The notes under the pieces were generated by a model. That model ran no database searches and was not told the DNA's origin. It saw only the letters and a program-made list of their open reading frames with translations. Below, piece by piece: positions 52,159 through 63,000 of a stretch of 64,000 bases of DNA; within the stretch, counting starts at the first letter, position 1, and each line of letters starts with the position of its first letter. Source of the stretch: an uncultured Clostridia bacterium (lineage in GTDB: Bacteria; Bacillota; Clostridia; TANB77; CAG-508); contig CANRBL010000001.1 of NCBI GenBank assembly GCA_947628835.1, positions 1,618 to 65,617 of the forward strand. The letters are read 5' to 3'. The position numbers and the translations under genes are program-made.

Positions 52159-52785
52159 TTATTTTGAGTAAAGCTCTACTATTAAGTGTTCTTCAATTGG
52201 AATATCGATATCTTCTCTTACCGCTAATCTAATTACTTTACCACTTAATGTTTCATTATTTTTTTCTAACCATGCTGGAATAACTCTTGTATTATTTACT
52301 TCAACATTTGCTTTTATCGTTGCGTTATCTTTCTTTATTTCTCTTACTGTTATAACATCTCCTGGTTTAACTAAGTATGATGGTATATCTACTTTTTTAC
52401 CATTTACATCAAATTGAGCATGATTAACAAGTTGTCTTGCTTGTGCTCTTGAACTTCCAAATCCAAGTCTATATACAACATTATCTAATCTGCTTTCTAA
52501 TATTTGAAGTAAATTTTCACCTGTTACACCTTTTTTATTTGAAGCCATTTCAAAATACTTTCTAAATTGTTTTTCTCCGACTCCATAATATGATTTTGTT
52601 TTTTGTTTTTCTCTTAATTGTGTTCCGTATTCAGAAAGTTTTGCTCTTTTTTGTCCATGTTGTCCTGGTCCGTAGTTTCTTCTTGAAATACTACATTTAT
52701 CAGTATAACATCTTTCTCCTTTTAAGAACAATTTTTGACCTTCTCTACGGCAAATACGACATTGTTCGTCTTTATATCTTGCCAT
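52159..52785 (-). CDS. rpsD: 30S ribosomal protein S4 (zinc-ribbon form)
   Basis: [16 protein letters not shown]...CYTDKC. Confidence 0.9.
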   Translation of the reverse strand: MARYKDEQCRICRREGQKLFLKGERCYTDKCSISRRNYGPGQHGQKRAKLSEYGTQLREKQKTKSYYGVGEKQFRKYFEMASNKKGVTGENLLQILESRLDNVVYRLGFGSSRAQARQLVNHAQFDVNGKKVDIPSYLVKPGDVITVREIKKDNATIKANVEVNNTRVIPAWLEKNNETLSGKVIRLAVREDIDIPIEEHLIVELYSK

Positions 52786-52819
52786 TTTATTTATTACACC
52801 TCTTTCTTTTTTTACTTAA

Positions 52820-53218
52820 CTATACTCTTCTTCTTTTTGGTGGTCTACAACCATTGTGTGGTATTGGTGTGACATCTTTAATTGCGCTAATTTCTAAACC
52901 TGCTGTTTGAAGTGATCTTATTGCAGCTTCACGACCAGAACCTGGTCCTTTTACTTCTACTTCAACACTTTTCATTCCATGTTCCATTGCTGCTTTTGCT
53001 GCTACTTCTGCAACTTGACCTGCTGCATATGGTGTGCTTTTTTTAGAACCTTTAAATCCTAATTCTCCTGCACTTCCCCATGAAATACAATTTCCTTGAG
53101 TATCTGTAATTGTAACTATTGTATTGTTAAAACTAGAATGAATATGTGCTACACCTTTATCAACATTTTTTCTATTTCTTCTAGCAACTGGTTTTCTTGT
53201 TACATTTTTATTAGCCAT
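52820..53218 (-). CDS. rpsK: 30S ribosomal protein S11
   Basis: [18 protein letters not shown]. Confidence 0.9.
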   Translation of the reverse strand: MANKNVTRKPVARRNRKNVDKGVAHIHSSFNNTIVTITDTQGNCISWGSAGELGFKGSKKSTPYAAGQVAEVAAKAAMEHGMKSVEVEVKGPGSGREAAIRSLQTAGLEISAIKDVTPIPHNGCRPPKRRRV

Positions 53219-53327
53219 TATTATATTTCCTCCTCATTAAAATTTATATAATTTTAAATTTGGGATTAATCTGTGGTCTAGCTTAAAATTTATTTTAATT
53301 TTTTACTATACCATCTAATTTCTAATC

Positions 53328-53696
53328 CTATTTTTTACTTTTACTTACTAATTTTCTTGGTCCTTTTCTTGTACGAGCATTTGTTTTTGTTCTTTGTCCT
53401 CTAACTGGTAATCCTCTTCTATGTCTTAATCCTCTATAGCATCCTATTTCAGTAAGTCTTTTTATATTAAGAGCAACTTCTCTTCTTAAATCACCCTCAA
53501 CTTTGTATGATTCATCTATAACTTTTCTGATTTTGTTAACATCTTCATCTGTTAAATCTTTTATTCTTGTATCTGGGTTAATTCCAGTTTGTTTAAGTAT
53601 TTTTTGAGAACTTGACAAACCTATTCCATATATGTATGTAAGTCCTACTTCAACTCTTTTTTCTTTAGGCAAATCTACTCCTGCTATACGAGCCAT
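53328..53696 (-). CDS. rpsM: 30S ribosomal protein S13
   Basis: [26 protein letters not shown]. Confidence 0.9.
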   Translation of the reverse strand: MARIAGVDLPKEKRVEVGLTYIYGIGLSSSQKILKQTGINPDTRIKDLTDEDVNKIRKVIDESYKVEGDLRREVALNIKRLTEIGCYRGLRHRRGLPVRGQRTKTNARTRKGPRKLVSKSKK

Positions 53697-53910
53697 ATTT
53701 TTGCACCTCCAAAGTTTATTTTATTTCATTTAATTTACAAATTTTTATTTGTAAGTGTTTGTCCTTATCATAATCTAAAGGTGAAATGCACCATTAATAT
53801 TTATGGTCTTTAGATTCGATATAAAGTATATATATAAACACAAATTTGATATGTAAAATTTTTCAAAAAAATTTCCACAGCCGCTTACCTTATTTGTGTT
53901 ATAAACAAAT

Positions 53911-54024
53911 TTAACCTTGTCTTTGTTTGTGTTTAGGGTTTTCGCATATAACTCTAATTACACCTTTTCTTTTTATTACTTTGCATTTGTCACATATTTT
54001 CTTTACTGATGGTCTTACTTTCAT
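53911..54024 (-). CDS. rpmJ: 50S ribosomal protein L36 (zinc form)
   Basis: [37 protein letters not shown] behind a GGAGG RBS; missed by the ORF track (37 aa). Confidence 0.85.
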   Translation of the reverse strand: MKVRPSVKKICDKCKVIKRKGVIRVICENPKHKQRQG

Positions 54025-54098
54025 TTTTGCACCTCCTATTTTTATGCCAGATTAAATTCTGACTATATATATATATTTGGGTTAATTTTTAACTTTTT

Positions 54099-54317
54099 TT
54101 ATTTTGCCCTCCATATTATACGACCTCTTGTTAAATCATATGGTGAAAGCTCCACTTTAACTTTATCACCTGGTAAAATTTTAATGTAATTCATTCGTAA
54201 TTTTCCTGAAATATGGGCTAAAATTTGATGTCCATTTTCAAGTTCTACTTTAAAATTTGTATTTGGTAATGCTTCTACCACTACTCCCTCAACCTCGATT
54301 ACGTCTTCCTTTGCCAA
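54099..54317 (-). CDS. infA: translation initiation factor IF-1
   Basis: [18 protein letters not shown]...; start proposed at TTG 54317 behind a GGGAGG RBS. Confidence 0.85.
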   Translation of the reverse strand: MAKEDVIEVEGVVVEALPNTNFKVELENGHQILAHISGKLRMNYIKILPGDKVKVELSPYDLTRGRIIWRAK

Positions 54318-54418
54318 AATATCGCCTCCCTCTATAAAGAGCAAATTTAAATTTTATATTTTTATTAATTGCCAATATATGACAATCCAAAAAATGACTA
54401 TTATAGTATATAACAAAA

Positions 54419-55189
54419 TTAAAGTAATGTCAATATTTCTGGTTCGTTTTCTGTAATTAAAATTGTATTTTCATAATGTGCTGCCAAACTTCCATCTTCT
54501 GTTATAATTGTCCAACCATCTTCTAATTCTAATATATTGTGTTTTCCTTGAATAACCATTGGCTCTATTGCCAATGTCATTCCAGGCTCTAATCTAATTC
54601 CTTTGCCTTTTTTACCATAGTTTGGTATTCCTGGATCTTCATGCATTTCTTTTCCAATTCCATGACCTTGAAATTCTTCTACTACAGAATAACCTTGCAT
54701 ACGAACATATTCCCCTATTGCATGTGATACATCTCCTATTCTATACCCTGGTTTTGCAAAAGCTATTCCTTCGTAAAATGCTTGCTTTGTTACATCAACT
54801 AATCTTTGTGCTTCTTTTGATACTTTTCCTACTGTAAATGTCCTTGCAGCATCACCATTAAATCCATCTTTTAAAACTACAGTATCTATACTTACTATGT
54901 CTCCTTCTTTTATAATTTTCTTTTTTGATGGAATTGCATGTATTACTTCATCATTTACAGACACACATGTTGCACATGGATAATCAGGTATTCCTTTTAT
55001 TCCACAAGAGTATCCCTTTTGTGCAGGAATTCCCCCATATTTTTTCATTGTATCTTCTGCAATTTTATCAATTTCCCAAGTTGTCATTCCTGGTTTTATT
55101 CTTTTTTCAAGTTCTTCGTATGTTAATGCAACTATTTTACAAGCTTCTCTCATATGTTCAATTTCTTTTTTAGATTTTATTGTTACCAT
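54419..55189 (-). CDS. map: type I methionine aminopeptidase
   Basis: pita-bread fold with metal ligands D..D..H..E..E and a Map-typical N-terminus. Confidence 0.9.
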   Translation of the reverse strand: MVTIKSKKEIEHMREACKIVALTYEELEKRIKPGMTTWEIDKIAEDTMKKYGGIPAQKGYSCGIKGIPDYPCATCVSVNDEVIHAIPSKKKIIKEGDIVSIDTVVLKDGFNGDAARTFTVGKVSKEAQRLVDVTKQAFYEGIAFAKPGYRIGDVSHAIGEYVRMQGYSVVEEFQGHGIGKEMHEDPGIPNYGKKGKGIRLEPGMTLAIEPMVIQGKHNILELEDGWTIITEDGSLAAHYENTILITENEPEILTLL

Positions 55190-55845
55190 TTACATGTCCT
55201 TTCTATGTCTTTTGCCACATCTATACCCATTCTTCCTTTTTTTTGGCTAACTTCTTCTACTCTTAAAATTCCTTTTTGTTTATAATAATCTACTAATGGA
55301 CTTGTATTTTGTTCATATGTTGATAACCTATTTTTTATAGTTTCTACATTATCATCTTTTCTCTTTATTAAATCACTTCCACATTTATCACAAATTCCTT
55401 CTTGTTTTGGTGGATTTAATACTGTATTAAACACTGCTTTACAATTTTGATTTGAACATACTCTTCTATTTGCCATTCTTTCTATTATTTCTTCTTCTGA
55501 AGATACTAAATCTATTACTAAATCAACTTGTTTATTATGGCTAGTTAATATTTTATCTAATTCTTCTGCTTGCTTTATTGTACGAGGGAAACCATCTAAA
55601 ATTGCTCCATTTTTTGTATCATTTTGTTGCAACCTTTCTTCAATTATTTTTATAGTTACTTCATCTGGAACTAAATTTCCTTTTGACATATAACTATCTG
55701 CTAATTTTCCTAATTCTGTTCCTTGTTTTATTTGCTCTCTAAACATATCTCCTGTAGATATTTGTGGAATACTAAAACTTTCTGATAAAATACTTGCAAC
55801 TGTTCCTTTTCCCGTTGCTGGGGCACCTAACATTATAATAATCAT
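55183..55845 (-). CDS. adk: adenylate kinase (zinc-lid form)
   Basis: GAPATGKGT P-loop; lid CSNQNC...CDKCG. Confidence 0.9.
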   Translation of the reverse strand: MIIIMLGAPATGKGTVASILSESFSIPQISTGDMFREQIKQGTELGKLADSYMSKGNLVPDEVTIKIIEERLQQNDTKNGAILDGFPRTIKQAEELDKILTSHNKQVDLVIDLVSSEEEIIERMANRRVCSNQNCKAVFNTVLNPPKQEGICDKCGSDLIKRKDDNVETIKNRLSTYEQNTSPLVDYYKQKGILRVEEVSQKKGRMGIDVAKDIERTCKW

Positions 55846-56024
55846 TTTTACTACCTTTCCTTTCTAAAGACAAATCTGGTTTGAAAAAATTTAAATAAAT
55901 GTTTCACATAGTTTCCTATCTTATAAAATTTTAAAACCATAAAAACTTTTAGATTATTTTTTGTATATAATAATCTTTTTAATACCTAAATGCTACTATA
56001 AGCATTAAAAAAATTATTATTTAA

Positions 56025-56107
56025 TAAAGACGGACTTCTTTTTTATATTATAGAAAAGTTTTCCGAATTTCCTATAATATGAAGCTAGTTTGAAGTCCAT
56101 ATCTTTA
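56025..56107. repeat. palindromic module in the unusually long secY-adk spacer
   Basis: imperfect inverted repeat taaagacggacttc ... gaagtccatatcttta enclosing a tatagaaaagttttccgaatttcctata hairpin related to 560-585. Confidence 0.45.
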
Positions 56108-56145
56108 TTACTTTTTATTTAACATTTTTTATAATATTTTTACTT

Positions 56146-57465
56146 TTAATCTAAAAATCCTTTATAATGTCTCATTACCAATTGAGATTCTAATTGTTGT
56201 ACAGTTTCTATTGCAACACCAACTAGGATTAATATTGAAGTACCTCCAAATGATACATCTAAAGATGTAAATCTTAATAACATTGGAAGTATAGCAATTA
56301 TAGCTAAATAAAATCCTCCAAACCAATTTAATTTTGACATTACTGAAGATAAATAATCTGTTGTAGGTTTTCCTGTTCTAATTCCTGGTATAAATCCACC
56401 ATTTCTTTTTATGTTAGCAGATAATTCTGCTGGATTCATTGTTGCATATGTGTAGAAAAATGTAAATCCCATTATTAACAATAAATATACAATTGCATTT
56501 GCTATGCTATAACCAATTCCTACACTTGCTGAAGATGTAGCAATTGAAAATTTATATAACATTGCTAAAAATCCTGTTTGATTTGCAATATCGCTATTAA
56601 AAATTTGTATTATCATTGCTGGGAATGTCATAAATGATGAAGCAAATATTATTGGCATAACACCTGCTGCAACTAATTTCAATGGTATATGTGTTTTTTG
56701 TGCTCCTACCATTTTTCTTCCAACAACTTTTTTCGCATATTGAACTGGTATTCTTCTTTCTGCTAATTGCATATATACAACAGCTGTTACTAATATTAAA
56801 GCTCCTATTATTAATCCTAATGATAATAGGAATCCTGTTGTACTAAATCCAGAAGATGTTACTATTAGATTTTTCATAGTTACAATAACTGAAGGTATTC
56901 CTGATACTATTCCTATGAATATTAATAGAGATATACCATTTCCTATTCCCTTACTTGTTATTTGGTCTCCAAGCCACATTAATAGTGATGTTCCCGCTAC
57001 TAATGATATTACTACTAAAGCTCCTGTTATTCCTTCATTATTTACGAAAATTCCTGATGATTTATAAGATATATATATTCCTATGGCTTCAACTACTGCT
57101 AAAACAATAGTTAATATTTTTGTATATCTATTAATTTTTACTCTACCATCTTCTCCACCTTCTTTAGTTAGCTTTTCTAATGATGGTATAACCATTGATA
57201 ATAATTGTATTACAATTGAAGCTGTGATATATGGACTAATAGACATTGCAAACATTGAAAATCTTGAGAATGCACCTCCTGATATTATATCTATAAGTCC
57301 TGTTATTCCATTTGCATTTGACATTGCTTCATTTAATGCTATACTATTTACTCCTGGAACTGTAATGTAGCAACCTAATCTAAATATTACAATTAAAACT
57401 AATGTATAATATATTCTTTTTCTTACTTCTGGCGTTTTCCATGCATTTTTTATGGTTGAAAACAA
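56146..57465 (-). CDS. secY: preprotein translocase subunit SecY
   Basis: 10-TM SecY family; conserved position between rplO and adk. Confidence 0.9.
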   Translation of the reverse strand: MFSTIKNAWKTPEVRKRIYYTLVLIVIFRLGCYITVPGVNSIALNEAMSNANGITGLIDIISGGAFSRFSMFAMSISPYITASIVIQLLSMVIPSLEKLTKEGGEDGRVKINRYTKILTIVLAVVEAIGIYISYKSSGIFVNNEGITGALVVISLVAGTSLLMWLGDQITSKGIGNGISLLIFIGIVSGIPSVIVTMKNLIVTSSGFSTTGFLLSLGLIIGALILVTAVVYMQLAERRIPVQYAKKVVGRKMVGAQKTHIPLKLVAAGVMPIIFASSFMTFPAMIIQIFNSDIANQTGFLAMLYKFSIATSSASVGIGYSIANAIVYLLLIMGFTFFYTYATMNPAELSANIKRNGGFIPGIRTGKPTTDYLSSVMSKLNWFGGFYLAIIAILPMLLRFTSLDVSFGGTSILILVGVAIETVQQLESQLVMRHYKGFLD

Positions 57466-57900
57466 TTATATCACCTCTGTCTTTCCGCCTAAAGCTTCGA
57501 TTTTTTCTTTTGCTGCTTTTGTAAATTTTTTGGCTTTTATATTTAATTTCTTTTCTAATGTTCCTGTTGCTAAAACTACTATTCCATCATTTATTTTTCC
57601 AATTATTCCTTCTTGTAATAGAGTTTCAGCTGTAACATCAGTTGCTTTTGATTCATTTAACATTTTTAATGTAACTTCAGTATAATTTTTTGCATGTATA
57701 TTAGTAAATCCTCTTTTTGGCAATCTTCTATATAATGGTGTTTGACCACCTTCAAAACCTCTTCTTACTCCTCCTCCTGATCTTGCTTTTTGTCCTTTAT
57801 GGCCCTTTCCTGATGTTTTTCCAAGTCCAGAAGCTATTCCACGTCCTCTTCTTGTTCTTTTTACTTTTTTTACAGCTGGTTTTAATTCGTCTATCTTCAT
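57466..57900 (-). CDS. rplO: 50S ribosomal protein L15
   Basis: [29 protein letters not shown]. Confidence 0.9.
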   Translation of the reverse strand: MKIDELKPAVKKVKRTRRGRGIASGLGKTSGKGHKGQKARSGGGVRRGFEGGQTPLYRRLPKRGFTNIHAKNYTEVTLKMLNESKATDVTAETLLQEGIIGKINDGIVVLATGTLEKKLNIKAKKFTKAAKEKIEALGGKTEVI

Positions 57901-57963
57901 CTTTAAGTTGCACCTCCTTATATTATTTAGATTATATAATTTTACAATAAAACTAAGTTTTTA

Positions 57964-58455
57964 TTATAATATATCTTCTACTTTCTTTCCTCTCTTTTTA
58001 GCAACTTGTTCTATTGTTTGCATAGATTTTAATGCCTCTATTGTAGCATATACTACATTTCTAGGATTGTTTGTTCCTATAACTTTTGTACGTATGTTTT
58101 GGTATCCTGCAAGTTCAAGTACTGGTCTTACACTTCCTCCAGCTATAACTCCTGTACCTACTACAGCTGGTTTTAACATAACTTTTGCACTACCAAATTT
58201 ACCTACATATTCATGTGGTACTGTTGTTTCAACAATTGGAACTGCAACTAAATTTTTCTTAGCGTCTTGAATAGCTTTTTTTATTGCATCAGGAACTTCT
58301 GCTGCTTTACCATTACCTACACCAACACGACCATTTTCATCACCAACAACTACTAATGCACTAAATCTGAAATTTCTACCACCTTTAACAACTTTAGCAA
58401 CTCTGTTAATAGCTACTACTTTTTCTTTTAATTCTAAAGTATTATTTTCTTCCAT
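57964..58455 (-). CDS. rpsE: 30S ribosomal protein S5
   Basis: [27 protein letters not shown]. Confidence 0.9.
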   Translation of the reverse strand: MEENNTLELKEKVVAINRVAKVVKGGRNFRFSALVVVGDENGRVGVGNGKAAEVPDAIKKAIQDAKKNLVAVPIVETTVPHEYVGKFGSAKVMLKPAVVGTGVIAGGSVRPVLELAGYQNIRTKVIGTNNPRNVVYATIEALKSMQTIEQVAKKRGKKVEDIL

Positions 58456-58479
58456 TGGTTTTAGTTTTCCCTCCTCTTT

Positions 58480-58839
58480 TTAAAATTTTAATCCATTTTC
58501 TCTAGCTGCCTCTGCTAACTCTTTTACTACTCCATGATATATGTATCCTCCACGGTCAAAAACTACATTTTCAATATTCTTTTTGCTAGCTCTTTTAGCA
58601 ATTAATGCTCCAACTTCTTTAGCTGCTTCCTTATTTGCGTGTTTATTCTTTATTTCTTTATCTAAAGTAGAAGCTTGTGCTAAAGTACAGCCTGCAACAT
58701 CATCTATAATTTGAACATAAAGGTTGGTATTACTTCTAAAAACACATAATCTTGGTCTTTCAGCTGTGCCTGAAATTTTATTTCTTACTCTTTTATGTCT
58801 TCTTTCTCTTTGAAGTTTTCTATCTGGTTTTGTAATCAT
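58480..58839 (-). CDS. rplR: 50S ribosomal protein L18
   Basis: [18 protein letters not shown]. Confidence 0.9.
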   Translation of the reverse strand: MITKPDRKLQRERRHKRVRNKISGTAERPRLCVFRSNTNLYVQIIDDVAGCTLAQASTLDKEIKNKHANKEAAKEVGALIAKRASKKNIENVVFDRGGYIYHGVVKELAEAARENGLKF

Positions 58840-58928
58840 CTTATTTCTCCTTTCATTAAAGATTTTAACCGATTAAATTAATAGGTATGTATAACCTTAT
58901 TTTTAACAGGCTTATTATATTTCTAATT

Positions 58929-59465
58929 TTATTTACCTGTTTTTCCAACTTTACGTCTAATAACTTCATCAGCATATTTAATTCCCTTACCTTTATATAC
59001 TTCAGGTGGTCTTTTTGTTCTTATAACTGCTGCTGTTTGACCTACTAATTCTTTATCAATTCCTTTTACTATAATAGTATTAGGATTTGGTACATCAAAA
59101 GAAATTCCTGCTGGTGCTTCAAATATAACTGGATGTGAATATCCAAGTGCCATATTTAAATTGTTTCCTTGTTTTTGAACTCTATAACCAACACCATTTA
59201 TTTGTAATTCTTTTGAATATTCCTTAGTTACACCTTCTATCATATTACTTATTAAAGTTCTTGTCAAACCATGTAATGCTTTATTTTGCTTTTCATCATT
59301 TTTTCTTAAAACTTTAATTACATTTCCTTCTATTTCTAAGGAAATATTATGGTTTATCTCTCTATTTAATGTACCTTTTGGGCCTTTTACTGTAACTTTA
59401 CTTCCATCTACTTTTACTTCTACACCATCTGGTACTATAATAGGAGAATTTCCTATTCTTGACAT
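58929..59465 (-). CDS. rplF: 50S ribosomal protein L6
   Basis: MSRIGNSPIIVPDGVEVKVDG. Confidence 0.9.
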   Translation of the reverse strand: MSRIGNSPIIVPDGVEVKVDGSKVTVKGPKGTLNREINHNISLEIEGNVIKVLRKNDEKQNKALHGLTRTLISNMIEGVTKEYSKELQINGVGYRVQKQGNNLNMALGYSHPVIFEAPAGISFDVPNPNTIIVKGIDKELVGQTAAVIRTKRPPEVYKGKGIKYADEVIRRKVGKTGK

Positions 59466-59480
59466 TTTTTTCCCTCCTTT

Positions 59481-59879
59481 TTACCATACATATGCTAATA
59501 CTTCTCCACCTACTCCAAGTTCACGCGCTTGTTTGTCTGTCTTTATTCCTTTTGATGTAGATATAATAGCAATTCCTAATCCATTTAATACTTTTGGTAA
59601 TTCTTCTTTTCCAGCATATACTCTTAATCCTGGTTTACTTATTCTTTTTAAACCATCTATTACTCTTGTTCCATTTTCTGAATATTTAAGAGTAATTCTT
59701 ATTATTCCTTGACTATCACTATTTATTTCTTCCATAGATTTTATATAACCTTCTTTTAATAAAATATCAGCTATTGCTAATTTCATTTTAGATGAAGGGA
59801 TATCTACTGTTTTATGTTTTGAACTATTTGCATTTCTAATTCTTGTTAACATATCTGCTATTGGGTCTGTAATGTTCAA
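59481..59879 (-). CDS. rpsH: 30S ribosomal protein S8
   Basis: [14 protein letters not shown]. Confidence 0.9.
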   Translation of the reverse strand: MNITDPIADMLTRIRNANSSKHKTVDIPSSKMKLAIADILLKEGYIKSMEEINSDSQGIIRITLKYSENGTRVIDGLKRISKPGLRVYAGKEELPKVLNGLGIAIISTSKGIKTDKQARELGVGGEVLAYVW

Positions 59880-59961
59880 TTTACTTTCCTCCTTTTCTTC
59901 TTTTTTCGTTTCAAATGTTTACAATCTATTTGTATTACTTGCTAACATTTGAATTTTTATA

Positions 59962-60147
59962 TTACCAACTTGTTTTCTTTACTCCTGGTATTTCTCCTTT
60001 ATGTGCTAATTCTCTAAAGCATATACGACAAATACCATATTTTCTTAAATATGCATGTGGTCTACCACATAGTTTGCATCTGTTGTATTCTCTTGTTTTG
60101 TATTTTTGTGGTTTTTGTTGCTTTACTTTCATTGATTTTTTAGCCAT
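59962..60147 (-). CDS. rpsZ: 30S ribosomal protein S14 type Z (zinc-binding)
   Basis: 61 aa with [23 protein letters not shown]. Confidence 0.9.
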   Translation of the reverse strand: MAKKSMKVKQQKPQKYKTREYNRCKLCGRPHAYLRKYGICRICFRELAHKGEIPGVKKTSW

Positions 60148-60281
60148 TACTTTTTACTCCTTCCTTGACTTTTATTCAATGCTTTTTATTTGTATAAATT
60201 AGCTTTTTGTTATTTATTCTTTATTTTATTATTTATTTTTCTATTATCATAATTGATTTTAAGCTATTTTTATTTTTTTAC

Positions 60282-60821
60282 TTAATTTTTGAAAGGTATT
60301 CCTAATAATCTTAATAACTCTCTTGCCTCTTCATCAGTTTGAGCTGTTGTTACAAAAATTATATCCATTCCTCTTAATTTATCAACTTTGTCATATTCAA
60401 TTTCAGGGAATATTAATTGCTCTTTTACTCCCATAGAATAATTTCCTCTACCATCAAAAGAATCTGCTGATACTCCTCTAAAATCTCTTACTCTTGGTAA
60501 TGCTACATTAAATAATTTATATGCAAAATCATACATTTTGTCTTTTCTTAATGTAACTTTACATCCTACATTTACTCCTTCTCTTAATTTGAAAGCTGCA
60601 ATTGATTTCTTTGCTTTTGTTACTATTGGTCTTTGACCTGTTATAATGCTTAAATCATTCATTGCATTTTCTAATGATTTAGGATTTTCTTTTATATCTC
60701 CTAAACCAATATTTATAACTATCTTCTCAAGTTTTGGAACTTGTGATATTGATTTATATTCAAATTTTTTCATTAATGCTGGTACTACTTCTTTTTCATA
60801 TTGCTCTCTTAATTTTTGCAT
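60282..60821 (-). CDS. rplE: 50S ribosomal protein L5
   Basis: L5 family; position between rplX and rpsZ. Confidence 0.9.
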   Translation of the reverse strand: MQKLREQYEKEVVPALMKKFEYKSISQVPKLEKIVINIGLGDIKENPKSLENAMNDLSIITGQRPIVTKAKKSIAAFKLREGVNVGCKVTLRKDKMYDFAYKLFNVALPRVRDFRGVSADSFDGRGNYSMGVKEQLIFPEIEYDKVDKLRGMDIIFVTTAQTDEEARELLRLLGIPFKN

Positions 60822-60845
60822 TTTGTTTTTTCCTCCTTTCTAATT

Positions 60846-61154
60846 TTATTTTATGATTTCTCCACATTTTTTACATATACGAACTTTTTTGTCTTTATCT
60901 ATTTTATATCCTATTTTTGTAGGATTTCCACATTTTGAACATACTACTGCAACTTTACTTGCATATATGCTACATTCTACTGGGATTATTCCTCCTGCTT
61001 CTCCTTGTTTTTTTGGTTTTACATGTTTTTTTCTTACATTTATACCTTTTACTATTACTTTACCAGATTTAGGAATAACTTCTAATACTTCTCCTTTTTT
61101 ATCTTTGTCATTTCCAGATAAAACTTGTACTGTATCTCCTTTATGTATTCTCAC
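60846..61154 (-). CDS. rplX: 50S ribosomal protein L24, with C-terminal Cys4 zinc-ribbon variant
   Basis: KOW N-terminus MRIHKGDTVQVLSGNDKDKKGEV; C-terminus CSKCGNPTKIGYKIDKDKKVRICKKCGE. Confidence 0.88.
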   Translation of the reverse strand: MRIHKGDTVQVLSGNDKDKKGEVLEVIPKSGKVIVKGINVRKKHVKPKKQGEAGGIIPVECSIYASKVAVVCSKCGNPTKIGYKIDKDKKVRICKKCGEIIK

Positions 61155-61231
61155 TTAGAATTTCCCTCCTTTTCTTTTTATTTTAATTAATTATCTCTAC
61201 TTAAATTTTCTTTCTTTTTATATAACACTCC

Positions 61232-61530
61232 TCTTATCATACATAAAACACTTCGTGATTCTTTGCGTTTTTTGTATTTTTTATCTTCTTATTCGAGTTA
61301 CTTTTGCTTCTTTTTTGGCTTATCATACATAAAACACTTCGTAATTCTTTGCGTTTTCTGTATTTTTAATCTTCTTATTCGAGTTACTTTTGCTTCTTTT
61401 TGGGCTTATCATACATAAAACACTTCGTGATATTTTGCTTTTTTTATCTTTAATTTTCTTATTCGAGTTACTTTTGCTTCTTTTTTGGTTTATCATACAT
61501 AAAACACTTCGTATATACTTCGTGTTTTAT
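61232..61530. repeat. tandem repeat, ~86-bp unit x 3.4, inserted between rplN and rplX
   Basis: units begin cttatcatacataaaacacttcgt(g/a)att... at 61232, 61318 and 61404, with a partial diverged copy at ~61488; the period of 86 bp is seen directly. Confidence 0.9.
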
Positions 61531-61582
61531 GCATCTTTAATCTGTAACACTCGATTATCTTTCAGATAATCTCGTTAACAGC

Positions 61583-61951
61583 TTAAAGAACTTCAGGGGC
61601 TAAAGAAAGAATTTTCATGTATTCTTGATCTCTTAATTCTCTTGCTACTGGTCCAAATATACGTGTTCCTCTTGGTGTTTTGTCATCTCTTATAATTACT
61701 GCTGCATTTTCATCAAATTTTATGTATGAACCGTCTGCTCTTCTTAATCCTCTTTTTGATCTTACTATAACAGCTTTTACAACATCACCTTTTTTTACAA
61801 CTCCACCTGGTGTTGCTGATTTTACTGAAGCTACTATCATATCACCAATGTTTGCATTTTTTCTATAAGAACCACCAACACATCTAATACACATCAACTC
61901 TTTTGCTCCAGTATTATCTGCTACCTTCAATATAGTTTGTTGCTGTATCAT
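61583..61951 (-). CDS. rplN: 50S ribosomal protein L14
   Basis: [27 protein letters not shown]. Confidence 0.9.
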   Translation of the reverse strand: MIQQQTILKVADNTGAKELMCIRCVGGSYRKNANIGDMIVASVKSATPGGVVKKGDVVKAVIVRSKRGLRRADGSYIKFDENAAVIIRDDKTPRGTRIFGPVARELRDQEYMKILSLAPEVL

Positions 61952-62054
61952 TACTTATTTTCCTCCTTTTTAATAATCTTTTTTTGTTTTATTTCTTACT
62001 ATTAGATTATATTTTTTTGAGGTTCGACGTTGAATTTTTTTCAACTTCTAACTT

Positions 62055-62318
62055 CTATTTTATTACTGCTTTTTCAAGAATTTCCACTACTCTCCATCTT
62101 TTTTCTTTAGATAGTGGTCTTGTTTCCATAACTTTAACTTTATCACCAATTTGGCAACTATTGTTTTCGTCATGTGCTTTTAATTTATATGTTCTTTTTA
62201 CTATTTTTCCATATGTTTTATGGCTAACACTTGTTTCTACTGCAACTACAACTGTTTTATCCATTTTATTAGATATAACTTTGCCAACCATAACTTTACG
62301 AAGATTTCTTTCTCCCAT
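62055..62318 (-). CDS. rpsQ: 30S ribosomal protein S17
   Basis: [22 protein letters not shown]. Confidence 0.9.
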   Translation of the reverse strand: MGERNLRKVMVGKVISNKMDKTVVVAVETSVSHKTYGKIVKRTYKLKAHDENNSCQIGDKVKVMETRPLSKEKRWRVVEILEKAVIK

Positions 62319-62363
62319 TTAGATTTCTCCTTTCTACTAAGTGTACGATTATACTATATACTT

Positions 62364-62564
62364 TTATTTCTTGTCTTCAGCTATTTTTCTTTCTGTTATA
62401 ACTGTATTTATTCTAGCTATATCTCTTTTTACATCTTTTATTTTACTTGGGTTTTCTAATCCATTAGTAGCTAAACTAAATTTTAATTTGAATAACTCTG
62501 TTTTTAATTCGCTTAGTTCTTTGTCTAACTCTTGTGAAGACATTTCTCTAATTTTATCTATCTT
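62364..62564 (-). CDS. rpmC: 50S ribosomal protein L29
   Basis: [39 protein letters not shown]; start taken at the internal Met. Confidence 0.85.
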   Translation of the reverse strand, partial: KIDKIREMSSQELDKELSELKTELFKLKFSLATNGLENPSKIKDVKRDIARINTVITERKIAEDKK

Positions 62565-63000
62565 CATCACTATCACCCACCTCATTTTCAATTTCTTTTG
62601 CTACAAATTTTGATTTTATAGGTAATTTATTCATTGCTAATCTTAAAGCTTCTCTTGCAGTTGCTTCTGGTACACCTGCTATTTCAAACATTACTCTACC
62701 TGGTTTTACTACTGCTACCCAATATTCTGGAGCACCTTTACCTTTACCCATACGAGTTCCTGCAGGTTTTTTAGTAACTGGTTTGTCTGGAAATATTTTT
62801 ATCCAAACTTTTCCTCCTCTTTTTATATAACGAGTCATAGCAATACGTGCTGCTTCTATTTGATTACTCTTTATTGTTCCTGCTTCTATTGCTTGTATTC
62901 CATATTCACCATCTGTAACTTTGTTACCTCTCATGGCTTTTCCTCTAATTCTACCTTTTTGCATTTTTCTATATTTTGTTCTTTTTGGCATTAATGGCAT
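62554..63000 (-). CDS. rplP: 50S ribosomal protein L16
   Basis: [20 protein letters not shown]. Confidence 0.9.
   Translation of the reverse strand: MPLMPKRTKYRKMQKGRIRGKAMRGNKVTDGEYGIQAIEAGTIKSNQIEAARIAMTRYIKRGGKVWIKIFPDKPVTKKPAGTRMGKGKGAPEYWVAVVKPGRVMFEIAGVPEATAREALRLAMNKLPIKSKFVAKEIENEVGDSDEDR

Noticed and set aside
57901-57963. hidden rpmD in another frame
   Set aside because: The 63-bp interval is too short for a ~59-aa L30, and no ORF is present.
61232-61530. possible CRISPR array
   Set aside because: The entire 86-bp unit repeats with no unique spacers between short direct repeats, and there are no cas genes. This is a tandem duplication, not CRISPR.
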